From Tepidisphaeraceae bacterium (GTDB taxonomy: Bacteria; Planctomycetota; Phycisphaerae; Tepidisphaerales; Tepidisphaeraceae), in contig CBDAQA010000032.1 of the NCBI GenBank assembly GCA_965198865.1, positions 37,571-101,570 of the forward strand: a stretch of 64,000 nt of DNA. Direction: 5' to 3'. The number at the start of each line of letters is the position of its first letter. Position 1 is the first letter of the stretch. A program made the position numbers and the translations under genes. Of the stretch, positions 17,877-26,090 are shown one piece after another. The notes under the pieces were generated by a model. That model saw nothing but the letters and a program-made list of their open reading frames with translations, was not told the origin of the DNA and did not search any database.

Positions 17877-18424
17877 GCCGCCACCACTCTGCGTACGGGC
17901 ACCGTGCATGGGCGACGGTGGGCCGCCACCCGGTCCTGGCGTTCGGCGCGGCGGCGACCGCCGCCCTCGGCGTCGCGTCGGGCCTGCTGGCCGACCGGCA
18001 GGTGGTGCTGAACACCTCGCCCAGCGTGCCGCCGGGCCTGTACGTGCGGTCGTCGGCCCCGCCGGCCGTCGGCCGGCTCGTCGACTTCCGGGTCCCGCCC
18101 GCCGCCCGGCTGTACGTGCTCGCCCGGTCGGGCCGGGACGGCCGCGACTGGTACATCCTCAAGCCGGTCGTCGCCGGCCCAGGCGACCGGGTGGACACGA
18201 CGGGTCCGTGGCTGACCGTCAACGGCCGGCCGCTCGCCCCGATGCCCCTGGCCGCCGACGGGTCCGGCCGGCCGCTGCCGGTCTGGCGGGCGCGGCGGTC
18301 GCTGCGGCCGAGCGAGTTCCTGGTCGTCTCCACCCGGATCGCCAACAGCTTCGACAGCCGCTGCTACGGGCCGGTCACGACGGCGCAGATCGCCGCCGTC
18401 CGCGTGCCGCTGGTGACCTGGTGA
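17873..18424 (+). CDS. traF: S26-family signal peptidase, conjugative TraF type
   Basis: NTSPSVPPGLY (catalytic Ser context) and NSFDSRCYGPV. Only the last 183 aa of track ORF 17231-18424 are used. Confidence 0.75.
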   Translation: MSRHHSAYGHRAWATVGRHPVLAFGAAATAALGVASGLLADRQVVLNTSPSVPPGLYVRSSAPPAVGRLVDFRVPPAARLYVLARSGRDGRDWYILKPVVAGPGDRVDTTGPWLTVNGRPLAPMPLAADGSGRPLPVWRARRSLRPSEFLVVSTRIANSFDSRCYGPVTTAQIAAVRVPLVTW

Positions 18425-18546
18425 GGCTCGGTTGCGGGATGCCGGGGAACTCGACGCGGCGGTGCGGCGAACGCGGTCGGCCTACTGCCCTCAGCACTCG
18501 CGCGAGGCGATCGCTTGGCGCGGGCGCAGACCAGACCGTTGAGCTT

Positions 18547-18797
18547 GCCCGTCGGAAGGGAGAAGGAAGGCGGCGGGGCCCCAGCTCCCGCTCCGCTCTC
18601 GAAAGATCACCGGCCTGCGGCCTTGCCATGCTCGCCTCCTCCCCGGGGACGTACCCGGGTCCGGGGGCTGCGGCGTGGCATGCCCTTCGTCCGCTCCGCT
18701 CCCGCGTTCCCGCCGCCTGCGGCGTGGAGTGCTGACCATTAGGTCAGGTTGTTGACCTCCCGGCCTGCCTTCTTCCGAAGGCCGGGAGGTCAACAAC
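18547..18797 (+). repeat. Noncoding repeat copy A (3' module plus terminal hairpin), upstream of DUF932
   Basis: About 90% identical over roughly 190 nt to 25253-25440, with 4-nt and 1-nt indels that break every frame. Ends in an 18-bp perfect hairpin (18748-18765 / 18780-18797). Confidence 0.7.
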
Positions 18798-18877
18798 ATG
18801 CGGCGGCCGCGGGCCGACGCCATCCCGGTCCCAGACACCCCGGGGCCCTCGCGCCCCACCATCGGGAGGTGCCCACC

Positions 18878-19885
18878 ATGGCACACGAGATCGACCTGAC
18901 CACCGGGACCGCCGCCGTCTTCGTCACCGGGCAACCCGCCTGGCACGGACTGGGGCGGTGCATCGAGCACGCCGCGACCAGCGCCGACGCGATCGGCCTG
19001 GCCGGGCTGGACTGGGCCGTCCAGCAGTGGCCCGTCCGGGCGTTCGACCCGGACCACCACAGCACCGAGGCCGGCATCCCCGACACGGTCGCCAACGTCC
19101 GCACGGACACCAAGGCCGTGATGGGCGTGGTCGGCCGGCGTTACCGCGTGTTCCAGAACCGCGAGGCGTTCGACTTCATGGACGCCCTCGTGGGTGACAA
19201 GCTGGCCATGTACGAGACGGCCGGCAGCCTGCACGGGGGCCGCCGCGTTTGGATGCTGGCCCGCATTCCCAAGGAGTACCGGGCCGGGGCGGACGACCTG
19301 GTCCGCCCGTACGTGCTGCTGACCAACACCCACGACGGCACGCAGGCCCTGCGAATGATCCCGACCACCGTCCGCGTCGTCTGCCAGAACACGCTCAACC
19401 TGGCCTTGCGGGAGGGCGGCGTCGAGGGGTTGAGCATCAGCCACCACCCGCGACTAGAGGGGCGGGTGGCCGAGGCCCGGGCCAAGCTGGGCATCATCGC
19501 CGCCCGGTTCGACCGGTTCGACGAGGAGATGCACGCCATGCTGGCCAAGGACCTGAGCGTCGCCGAGGCGGGCGGGTACTTCCGCGGCCTGTCCGGGGCC
19601 GACCTGCCGGCCACGTCGCAGCGGCAGAAGAACTCCCGGGAGCGGGTGCTCGGTCAGCTGCTGGCCAACTTCGACAACGACCGCAACACGCTGCCCGGCA
19701 TCCGCCACACCGCGTGGGGCGCGTACAACGCGGTCAGCGAGTGGGCCGACCACCAGAAGGCGTACCGCGGGGGCAGCCCCGAGGAGAAGCGGAACCGGCG
19801 GCTGGACTCGGTCTGGTTCGGCACGTCCCACCAGCTGAAGCAGGCCGCCTACCGCGGGGCCCTGGAGCTGGCCGGCGTCGCCTGA
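18878..19885 (+). CDS. DUF932 domain protein (phage/plasmid leading-region family)
   Basis: AWHGLG..VRTD...VMGVVG.RY.V.QN.EAF.F.DALVG....YETAGSL.GGRRVWMLA..VLLTN.HDG..AL....TTVRVVCQNTL. ATG at 18878 with GGGAGG 9 nt upstream. Confidence 0.85.
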   Translation: MAHEIDLTTGTAAVFVTGQPAWHGLGRCIEHAATSADAIGLAGLDWAVQQWPVRAFDPDHHSTEAGIPDTVANVRTDTKAVMGVVGRRYRVFQNREAFDFMDALVGDKLAMYETAGSLHGGRRVWMLARIPKEYRAGADDLVRPYVLLTNTHDGTQALRMIPTTVRVVCQNTLNLALREGGVEGLSISHHPRLEGRVAEARAKLGIIAARFDRFDEEMHAMLAKDLSVAEAGGYFRGLSGADLPATSQRQKNSRERVLGQLLANFDNDRNTLPGIRHTAWGAYNAVSEWADHQKAYRGGSPEEKRNRRLDSVWFGTSHQLKQAAYRGALELAGVA

Positions 19886-19906
19886 CCCGAGGCATCCGAC
19901 ACACCC

Positions 19907-19938
19907 GCCCGCCCCGGTGCCAACCCGCCGGGGCGGGC
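19907..19938 (+). terminator. GC hairpin after the DUF932 gene
   Basis: 11-bp perfect stem GCCCGCCCCGG / CCGGGGCGGGC with a 10-nt loop, followed by TT. No long U tract. Confidence 0.4.
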
Positions 19939-19996
19939 TTGCCGCAGGGCACCACGCCCCGCCCTAACATCGTCCGACCCAAGTGGAGCGGCCACT

Positions 19997-20911
19997 GTGA
20001 GCCTCACCCGTGACCCCATCCCGGCCGTTCCCCGCCTGCCGGCCGAACTGACCGCCGTGGCCCAGTGGCTGCTGTGGCGGCGGGAGGACCGCCACGGCCG
20101 GCCGACCAAGGTGCCGTACGCCGCCGCGACCGGCCGCCGGGCGGACGTGACCGACCCGGCCGCGTGGGCGACGTTCGCCGCCGCCCGGGCGGCACTGCTG
20201 GCCGGCCGCGGCCGGTACGCCGGGCTAGGCTTCGCCTTCGCCGCCGGTGGGCCGTTCTGCGGCGTCGACCTAGACGACGCCATCACGCCGGCAGGTCAGT
20301 TGTTTCCGTGGGCGGTCCGGATCGTCGCGAGCCTGAACACCTACGCTGAGGTCAGCCCCAGCGGCCGGGGCGCGAAGCTGGTCTGCCGGGGGCGGCTGCG
20401 GCCCGGGCCGGACGGCCGGACCCGGCACAAGCGGGTCGGGCTCGGGCCTGACAGGGCCGGGTCCGTCGAGCTGTACGACGGCCGGCGGTTCTTCACGCTG
20501 ACCGGCCGGCCCGTGCCGGGCCAGCCCGGGCCGCTCCCTGTCGCCGCACGCCAGCCGGCGCTGGACGCAGTCTGCCGGGAGCTGTTCCCGCCACCCCGGC
20601 CGGTCCCGGCCCGACGGTCACCACCGGCACCCGGGTCGGCCGACGACGATGCGATCTTGGCCCGGGCGGCCGCGGCGGGCGGAACCCGGTTCGCCCGGCT
20701 GTGGGCCGGCGACGCCGCCGCATACGGCGGCGACCGCTCAGCCCGGGACGCAGCTCTGTGTGCATCGCTGGCCGGGCAGACGCGGGACCCCGATCAAATC
20801 GCGCGTCTGGTTAGCCGGTCCGGGTGCGACCGACCCAAATGGTCGGGCCGGCCCGACTACCGGGACCGGACCATCCGGTTTGCCCTAGGCGCGGCAAACC
20901 GCACGGGGTAG
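19997..20911 (+). CDS. AEP-family primase-polymerase (PrimPol) domain protein with a PriCT-like C-terminus and no helicase domain
   Basis: QWLLWR....GRPTKVPY, GFAF..GGPFCGVDLDD (DxD), YAEVSPSGRGAK, ELYDGRRFFTLTG, and C-terminal SARDAALCASLAGQTRDPDQIARLV..S. Confidence 0.7.
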   Translation: MSLTRDPIPAVPRLPAELTAVAQWLLWRREDRHGRPTKVPYAAATGRRADVTDPAAWATFAAARAALLAGRGRYAGLGFAFAAGGPFCGVDLDDAITPAGQLFPWAVRIVASLNTYAEVSPSGRGAKLVCRGRLRPGPDGRTRHKRVGLGPDRAGSVELYDGRRFFTLTGRPVPGQPGPLPVAARQPALDAVCRELFPPPRPVPARRSPPAPGSADDDAILARAAAAGGTRFARLWAGDAAAYGGDRSARDAALCASLAGQTRDPDQIARLVSRSGCDRPKWSGRPDYRDRTIRFALGAANRTG

Positions 20912-20927
20912 GGCGCGCGTACGCCCG

Positions 20928-20952
20928 TCCCGGCCGGCTGCGCCGGCCGGGA
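20928..20952 (+). terminator. GC hairpin after the PrimPol gene
   Basis: TCCCGGCCGG-ctgcg-CCGGCCGGGA, a 10-bp perfect stem. Confidence 0.4.
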
Positions 20953-21019
20953 TGGGAATGGGAGCGGCAACGCCGGGTGCCGCGTCTCTCGCGTGCGGCA
21001 GCATGGGGACCGACCATTG

Positions 21020-21061
21020 CCGCCGCCCGTTGCCGCGGCTTCTCCCCGCGACGGGCGGCGG
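21020..21061 (+). other. 11-bp perfect-stem hairpin immediately upstream of a strong promoter
   Basis: CCGCCGCCCGT ..20 nt.. ACGGGCGGCGG. Ends 17 nt before the -35 hexamer at 21078. Confidence 0.4.
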
Positions 21062-21077
21062 CGAAAACGGCTCGGCG

Positions 21078-21107
21078 TTGACACGGACGTTGTGCTCGGA
21101 CTATAAC
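21078..21107 (+). promoter_or_regulatory. Near-consensus sigma70-type promoter (TTGACA-N18-TATAAC)
   Basis: TTGACA at 21078-21083 and TATAAC at 21102-21107. Conspicuous in GC-rich DNA. Points toward the small ORF / XRE / RT genes. Confidence 0.5.
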
Positions 21108-21426
21108 GCCGTCGCCAGAGAGATACGCCTTGGTTGTTCCCCCGCTCCTGACCTCGGCCAGGACGGCGTCCCGGTGAGGGACTCGTCACCCAAGCCCGCT
21201 CGCTCGGCCCCGTGTTGCCGTTCTCGCACGGGGATGCCGGTCGCCTCCACGACTGGCCCGAGCCTTGGGGTTGGGCGATGGCGGCGACGTCGCGGCCGAT
21301 GGGTCGCGACGCCGTCGCACTGGACGCTCAACGTCCGCAGCTGTTGCCCGCAACAGCCGCAGCCGTCGATCGCACAGAGTTGGGCCACTGTGGCCCTTCG
21401 TCACGTTCAGCAACCAAGGAGCTTTT

Positions 21427-21666
21427 ATGTTCGGAGGCAACTCGCCTGGCGAGTCGTCCCCTGACTGCGTCGTCCACCAGGCCATTGTCGAGTGGTGGGA
21501 GGCGATCGAGACGGGCGGCGACTTCGGTTCGACGAATTGGGAGACCCTCGTGTCCTTGCGTCACTCGGTGACCGCGGCCCTCGCGGCCAGCCCGCCACAA
21601 CTCGACTACGCTGGCCGCCAGACCGCTCTGGCGATGATGCTGGTCACCGGGCGGACGCTTCACTAG
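21427..21666 (+). CDS. Hypothetical 79-aa protein
   Basis: ATG at 21427 preceded by AAGGAG (21416-21421). No recognisable domain. Confidence 0.45.
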   Translation: MFGGNSPGESSPDCVVHQAIVEWWEAIETGGDFGSTNWETLVSLRHSVTAALAASPPQLDYAGRQTALAMMLVTGRTLH

Positions 21667-21688
21667 GGCTCCCTTAACTGAACAACAC

Positions 21689-22021
21689 GTGCCCACCGCG
21701 GCACACGACCGTATGAACCTTGGACCAACAGCACGAGCCCTCCGCGAGGAGTTCGGCATCACTCAACGGGCGGCGGCCGACCGTCTGGGCGTCACCTACG
21801 CCCACCTGTGTAACGTGGAGGGCGGCAAGGCCCGGCCGTCGCCCGAACTGCAGGCCAGGTACGGCGAGGTGTTCGGGGTCGATCTTTACGTGTACGCCTG
21901 GTGCACGTCGGGCGAACTCGATCGCATGCCGCCCGCCATGCGGGGCCCGACCGAGCGGCTGGCCGACGCGTGGCGCAAGTTGATCGAGCAGCGCCGCCGA
22001 CAGTTCAACGCCGCGGGGTGA
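21689..22021 (+). CDS. XRE-family HTH transcriptional regulator
   Basis: LGPTARALREEFGITQRAAADRLGVTYAHLCNVEGGKARPS. An alternative ATG start lies at 21713. Confidence 0.75.
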   Translation: MPTAAHDRMNLGPTARALREEFGITQRAAADRLGVTYAHLCNVEGGKARPSPELQARYGEVFGVDLYVYAWCTSGELDRMPPAMRGPTERLADAWRKLIEQRRRQFNAAG

Positions 22022-22024
22022 GCC

Positions 22025-23011
22025 ATGCTCGGCGTCAGGTCAGTCGGCGAGCTGGCGGCCGTCCTGAAGACGACGCCCCGGCGGATGTTCGACGTGGCCG
22101 CTCGCAAGGGCGACCACGTCCGGCGATATGAGTTGGTCGACCCGGCCAAGCCGCACAAGGCCCCGCGTCCCGTCCTGTCTACCACCGGCCCCTACCGCCA
22201 ACTGCAAACACAGATCCTCCGCGGGCTGCTCGGCCCGCGACTGCGGCCGAGCCCGTACAGCTTCGGCGGGATCGCCGGGCGGAACGCCGTCCAGAACGCA
22301 CGCCAGCACCTCGGGTCCAGCTTCGTCTTCACGACCGACATCCGGAACTTCTTCCCGAGCATCAATTTTTGGCAGGTCCGGGACACGTTCGAGCGCCGGT
22401 TCCGTTGCCCGCCGGACGTCGCACTGCTGCTCGCCACACTATGTACTCACGACGGCCACCTCGCTCAGGGGCTGATGACGTCACCGATTCTGGCCGACCA
22501 TGCCGTGCGGCGGATTGACGCCCGGATCGGCGGGCTGTGCGACGGTCTGGGGCTCGTCTACACGCGGTTCGTGGACGACGTGACCGTCTCCGGCCGGTTC
22601 GGGCTGGACAAGACCGAATCGGCGGTGGTGCGATTGATCCGCCAGATCCTCGGCGAGTCTGGGTTCGCCGTAGCCCTGCACAAGGAGCAGGACGGGCGGC
22701 TGTCCGACGGCGAGGTGGCCGTGACCGGCTACCGCCAACTCCGGTCACGCTTGGACGTGGCGTCCGACTATATCCGCGGGCTGGAACGGAGCCTTGAGTC
22801 ACATCGACTCCTCGGCCTCGGCGAGCCGTTCCACGGCCTGCTGTTCACGCGGGATCAGCTGGCCGGGAGGGTCGCCCACGTGTGCAACGCGAATCGGAAC
22901 CGCACTCGCCCCCTGAGCCAGCAATTGGCGGCCATTGATTGGGACGGCGTGCGAGCGAACGCCGAGGCACGGGGCCTCCTGGTCTGTCGTAAGCAACTGC
23001 GACCTGTGTAA
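22025..23011 (+). CDS. Retron-type reverse transcriptase
   Basis: SFGGIAGRNAVQNARQH.GSSFVFTTDIRNFFPSI (motifs 1-A), LAQGLMTSPILAD (motif B), YTRFVDDVTVS (motif C, YxDD variant) and a downstream VAVTGY (retron VTG motif). 328 aa, with no endonuclease, maturase or CRISPR domains. Confidence 0.8.
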   Translation: MLGVRSVGELAAVLKTTPRRMFDVAARKGDHVRRYELVDPAKPHKAPRPVLSTTGPYRQLQTQILRGLLGPRLRPSPYSFGGIAGRNAVQNARQHLGSSFVFTTDIRNFFPSINFWQVRDTFERRFRCPPDVALLLATLCTHDGHLAQGLMTSPILADHAVRRIDARIGGLCDGLGLVYTRFVDDVTVSGRFGLDKTESAVVRLIRQILGESGFAVALHKEQDGRLSDGEVAVTGYRQLRSRLDVASDYIRGLERSLESHRLLGLGEPFHGLLFTRDQLAGRVAHVCNANRNRTRPLSQQLAAIDWDGVRANAEARGLLVCRKQLRPV

Positions 23012-23073
23012 ACGGCACCCGGCCGGGCAGCCACGGCTTGATCCCCACCAGCGTCACGCAACTCACAAAGACC

Positions 23074-23350
23074 GCGGACGTGGGTGCAAGGACCCCTGAG
23101 TACAGCGGTCCCCGCCCCCACACCCCCTGCCCCCCGCGGCCGATCCGGTGAGCGTGCCTGCCGGAAGGGAAGGCGGACCGCCTCCGGCGGACGGTCCCGT
23201 TCGCCTTCGTCTCGTGTCGGGCGAGCGTACGCAGCCGTGCTCGCCGTCAAGGTCCCCCCCGCGGCCGTACCGCGGGACCCTCCCTCCGGGCAGCTCCACC
23301 CTGACGGCTCCGCGCGGCCGCGTCCCCCTTCCTCCATCGAGGTGAAGGGC
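23074..23350 (+). repeat. Noncoding repeat copy B (5' module), upstream of ardC
   Basis: 23074-23180 is nearly identical to 25172-25280 (GCGGACGTGGGTGCA(A/G)GGACCCCTGAGTACAGCGGTCCCCGCCCCCACACCCCCT..). The 3' part diverges. Confidence 0.6.
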
Positions 23351-23408
23351 GGGTGCTGGGTTGTGTCCCACACCCCCGACGCCTGAGTCCCGAAGGGAGC
23401 CGTGCCCC

Positions 23409-24290
23409 ATGTCCAAAGAGTTCGACCTCTACCAGACCGTCACCGACCGGATCGTCGCCATGCTCGACGCCGGCGTGGTGCCGTGGCGGTCGCCGATCCT
23501 CTCCGCCGGCCCGGCCGGTCGGCCCAAGAACTTGGCCAGCGGGCGGCCGTACCGCGGCGTCAACGTCTTTCTCCTCGCCTTCGCCACGTTCGAGCGGGGC
23601 TACGCCTCGCCGAACTGGGTCACGTTCAATCAGGCCCGGGAGGCGGGCGGGATCGTCCGCAAGGGTGAGAAGTCGTCCATGGTCGTGTTCTGGAAGGTGT
23701 ACGACACGGCCGACCGCAAGACCGGCGAGCCGACGCGGGTTCCCGTCCTCCGCTACTACAACGTGTTCAACGTCGGGCAGTGCGACGGCATCGCCGACCC
23801 AGAGGCGGTGTCGGCGGCCCCGGCGACCGACTTCCAACCGGTGGAGCGGGCCGACGCCATCCTGGCCGGGTTCGAGGGAAAGCCGCCGATCGAAGTGGCA
23901 GGCACCCGGGCGTTCTACCGCCCGGCGACCGACACGGTCACCATGCCCGGGTCGGCCCGGTTCGCGTCAACCGAGGCCTACTACGCCACCCTCTTCCACG
24001 AGCTGGCCCACAGCACGGGCCACCCGTCCCGCTTGCACCGGGAGACGGTCGCCGACCCGCAGCCGTTCGGGACGGCCGACTACGGCAGGGAGGAGCTCGT
24101 GGCGGAGATGTCGGCCGCGTTCCTCTGCTCGGCGGCCGGGATCGGGCCGGCGACGATCGACAACCAGGCGGCGTACCTGGGCGGGTGGCTGAAGCAGATC
24201 CGGGGCGACAAGCGGCTGGTCGTGACCGCCGCCGGGGCGGCCCAGCGGGCGGCCGACTGGATCCTGGGCAACCGGGACCAGCCCGGGTGA
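23409..24290 (+). CDS. ardC: ArdC-type antirestriction protein (ssDNA-binding N-domain plus metalloprotease C-domain)
   Basis: LYQTVTDRIVAMLDAGVVPWRSP......P.N..SGRPYRGVNVFLL and TLFHELAHSTGH (HEXXH). Confidence 0.9.
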   Translation: MSKEFDLYQTVTDRIVAMLDAGVVPWRSPILSAGPAGRPKNLASGRPYRGVNVFLLAFATFERGYASPNWVTFNQAREAGGIVRKGEKSSMVVFWKVYDTADRKTGEPTRVPVLRYYNVFNVGQCDGIADPEAVSAAPATDFQPVERADAILAGFEGKPPIEVAGTRAFYRPATDTVTMPGSARFASTEAYYATLFHELAHSTGHPSRLHRETVADPQPFGTADYGREELVAEMSAAFLCSAAGIGPATIDNQAAYLGGWLKQIRGDKRLVVTAAGAAQRAADWILGNRDQPG

Positions 24291-24296
24291 GCGGGG

Positions 24297-24324
24297 CCGA
24301 CGGCCACGCCCTTACGGCCGTCGG
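24297..24324 (+). terminator. GC hairpin after ardC
   Basis: CCGACGGCC-acgcccttac-GGCCGTCGG, a 9-bp perfect stem starting 7 nt after the stop. Confidence 0.4.
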
Positions 24325-24590
24325 CGGACCCCGCCGGCGGCCGCGGTCCGCTTGCCGTGCGGGATCGGTTCGTCATGAAGTCGCGGCCGGGCGGCCGCGC
24401 GGCATGTCGACGGGTCCGGCCGGCTGCGCCGGCCGGACCAGCGCGGGGGAGCCGGCCTCCGGGGCCGGCCCGCTCCCCCGCGACCCCCTCGCCCGCCCGG
24501 GATGGCGGACCGCCAGGCCGGCCCTGCGGGCCGGCCGCGGCGGACGCCAGACTGGCTTGTCGCGATAACAGGCGATACCCCGCTGTCCCA

Positions 24591-24995
24591 TCAACTACGC
24601 CCTGCGTTAGGCGTGAATCGGTAAGTGCCGTCCCCCTGACCGAAGTCGCGCAGCTCCAAGCGTCCGTCCGCCAGTTCCGGCACCGTGAACAGGCGGCCGA
24701 CACCGGACCAGCTCGCCATGCCCTCCCGCCAGACTTCACAATGCCAGCCGACCTGACCGCCCCTCAGCAGCGCGATCAGATCCACCGTGGGGTATGGCCC
24801 GCACTGCTGTGGACCGTCCCGAACCGTCCACGCCGCCCCGGCACGCCCGACCATTGCAAGCAGGTTCGCCGCCCGGCTGGCGGCCGACCGGAGCCGGTGC
24901 AGACACGGCGTGCAGACCACGCGACGCTCGGCCCAGACGTTCGCTTTCGCCCGTGGGCCGATGACCTTGCCGCACTCGTCGCACGCTGTTTCCAA
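24591..24995 (-). CDS. Zinc-ribbon plus GYF_2 (DUF4339)-like domain protein
   Basis: N-terminal CDECG..(x17)..CTPC, then W.V.DG.QQCGPYPTVDLIALLRGGQVGWHCEVWREGMASW. Confidence 0.6.
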   Translation of the reverse strand: METACDECGKVIGPRAKANVWAERRVVCTPCLHRLRSAASRAANLLAMVGRAGAAWTVRDGPQQCGPYPTVDLIALLRGGQVGWHCEVWREGMASWSGVGRLFTVPELADGRLELRDFGQGDGTYRFTPNAGRS

Positions 24996-25171
24996 TCGCT
25001 CCTCCGATCGTCCCCGCCGAGGCCGGCCTGCTCCCGAACATCCTCACGCGAGTTGTACCGCGCTGCGCCGCCCGAACGTCTGGACCGGTCGTCGGGGCAG
25101 ACGCGCAAAGCTCGGCCCGGGGAGCGGTGACTGCGTCGTCACGTGCCCTGAGCGGGGGCAGAGCAGAAATT

Positions 25172-25487
25172 GCGGACGTGGGTGCAGGGACCCCTGAGTA
25201 CAGCGGTCCCCGCCCCCACACCCCCTACCCCCCGCACCAAGCCGGTGAGTGTTCCTGCCGGAAGGGAGAAGGAAGGCGGCGGGGCCCCAGCTCCCGCTCC
25301 GCTCTCGAAAGGTCACCGGCCGGGTACGGCCTTGCCATGCTCGCCTCCTCCCCGGCGTACCGGGTCCGGGGGCTGCGGCGTGGCATGCCCTTCGTCCGCT
25401 CCGCTCCGCGTTCCCGCCGCCAGCGGGGGCGTGGGTCAGTCTTTGACCTCCCGGCCTGCCTTCTCGCGAAGGCCGGGAGGTCAAAGA
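25172..25487 (+). repeat. Noncoding repeat copy C (5' module + 3' module + terminal hairpin), upstream of ssb
   Basis: The 5' third matches copy B and the remainder matches copy A. 17-bp perfect hairpin at 25440-25456 / 25471-25487. Confidence 0.7.
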
Positions 25488-25580
25488 ATTGCGTGGACCT
25501 CGGGGCCTTCGCCATCCCAGCAAGCGACGCGGGCACCCCAACGTGTCCGGTCCGCCTTCGCCATCAGAAGGAGGCCAGCC

Positions 25581-26090
25581 ATGGCCAGCAGCTACAACCG
25601 GGTGATCCTCATGGGACGCCTGACCCGGGACCCCCAGGCCGGCACGTTGCCCAGCGGGACGGCGGTGTGCGAGCTCGGGCTCGCCGCCAACCGCCGGTGG
25701 CGGGACCGCGACGGGGTGACCCGCGAGGACGTCCTGTTCATCGACTGCACGGCGTACGGGAAGGTGGCCGAGACCCTTGCCGCCCACCTGACCAAGGGCC
25801 GGCCGGTCCACGTCGAGGGGCACCTGAAGCTGGACCGGTGGGAGCAGGCCGGGCAGCCCCGGACCAAGGTCCGCGTGGTCGTCGAGCAGTTCCGGTTCGT
25901 CGACCCGCCGCCGGGCGAGCGGGCCAGTGGCGGACGCGACCGTGCGCCCGAAGACCGGCCCGACGGCACCCCGGGCCAGCCCGCCGCCCCGGCCAAGCGG
26001 GCCACCCGCGGCCGACGCCGGCCGCCGTCCGCACGGCCGCAGGTGACTGCCCCGGCGGCCGCCACCGGCGACGACGACGTGCCGTTCTGA
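25581..26090 (+). CDS. ssb: Single-stranded DNA-binding protein
   Basis: YNRVILMGRLTRDP......G.AV....LA.NR.W.......E...FIDC.AYGK.AE.....L.KGR.V.VEG.L, with the acidic tail DDDVPF. Confidence 0.9.
   Translation: MASSYNRVILMGRLTRDPQAGTLPSGTAVCELGLAANRRWRDRDGVTREDVLFIDCTAYGKVAETLAAHLTKGRPVHVEGHLKLDRWEQAGQPRTKVRVVVEQFRFVDPPPGERASGGRDRAPEDRPDGTPGQPAAPAKRATRGRRRPPSARPQVTAPAAATGDDDVPF

Noticed and set aside
17231-18424. 397-aa ORF spanning the DUF2840-like gene region and traF
   Set aside because: Only the C-terminal 183 aa (from the GTG at 17873) resemble an S26 peptidase. The upstream part is junk-like and overlaps the better-supported ORF 17364-17876 in another frame.
18515-18742. ORFs running through the repeat copies (18515-18742 +; the N-terminal part of 25170-26090 +; 22845-23123 and 24736-25221 on the minus strand, with shared MWGRGPLYSG..)
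   Set aside because: Similar peptides arise only because the DNA is repeated. 4-nt and 1-nt indels between copies break the frames, so the elements are treated as noncoding.
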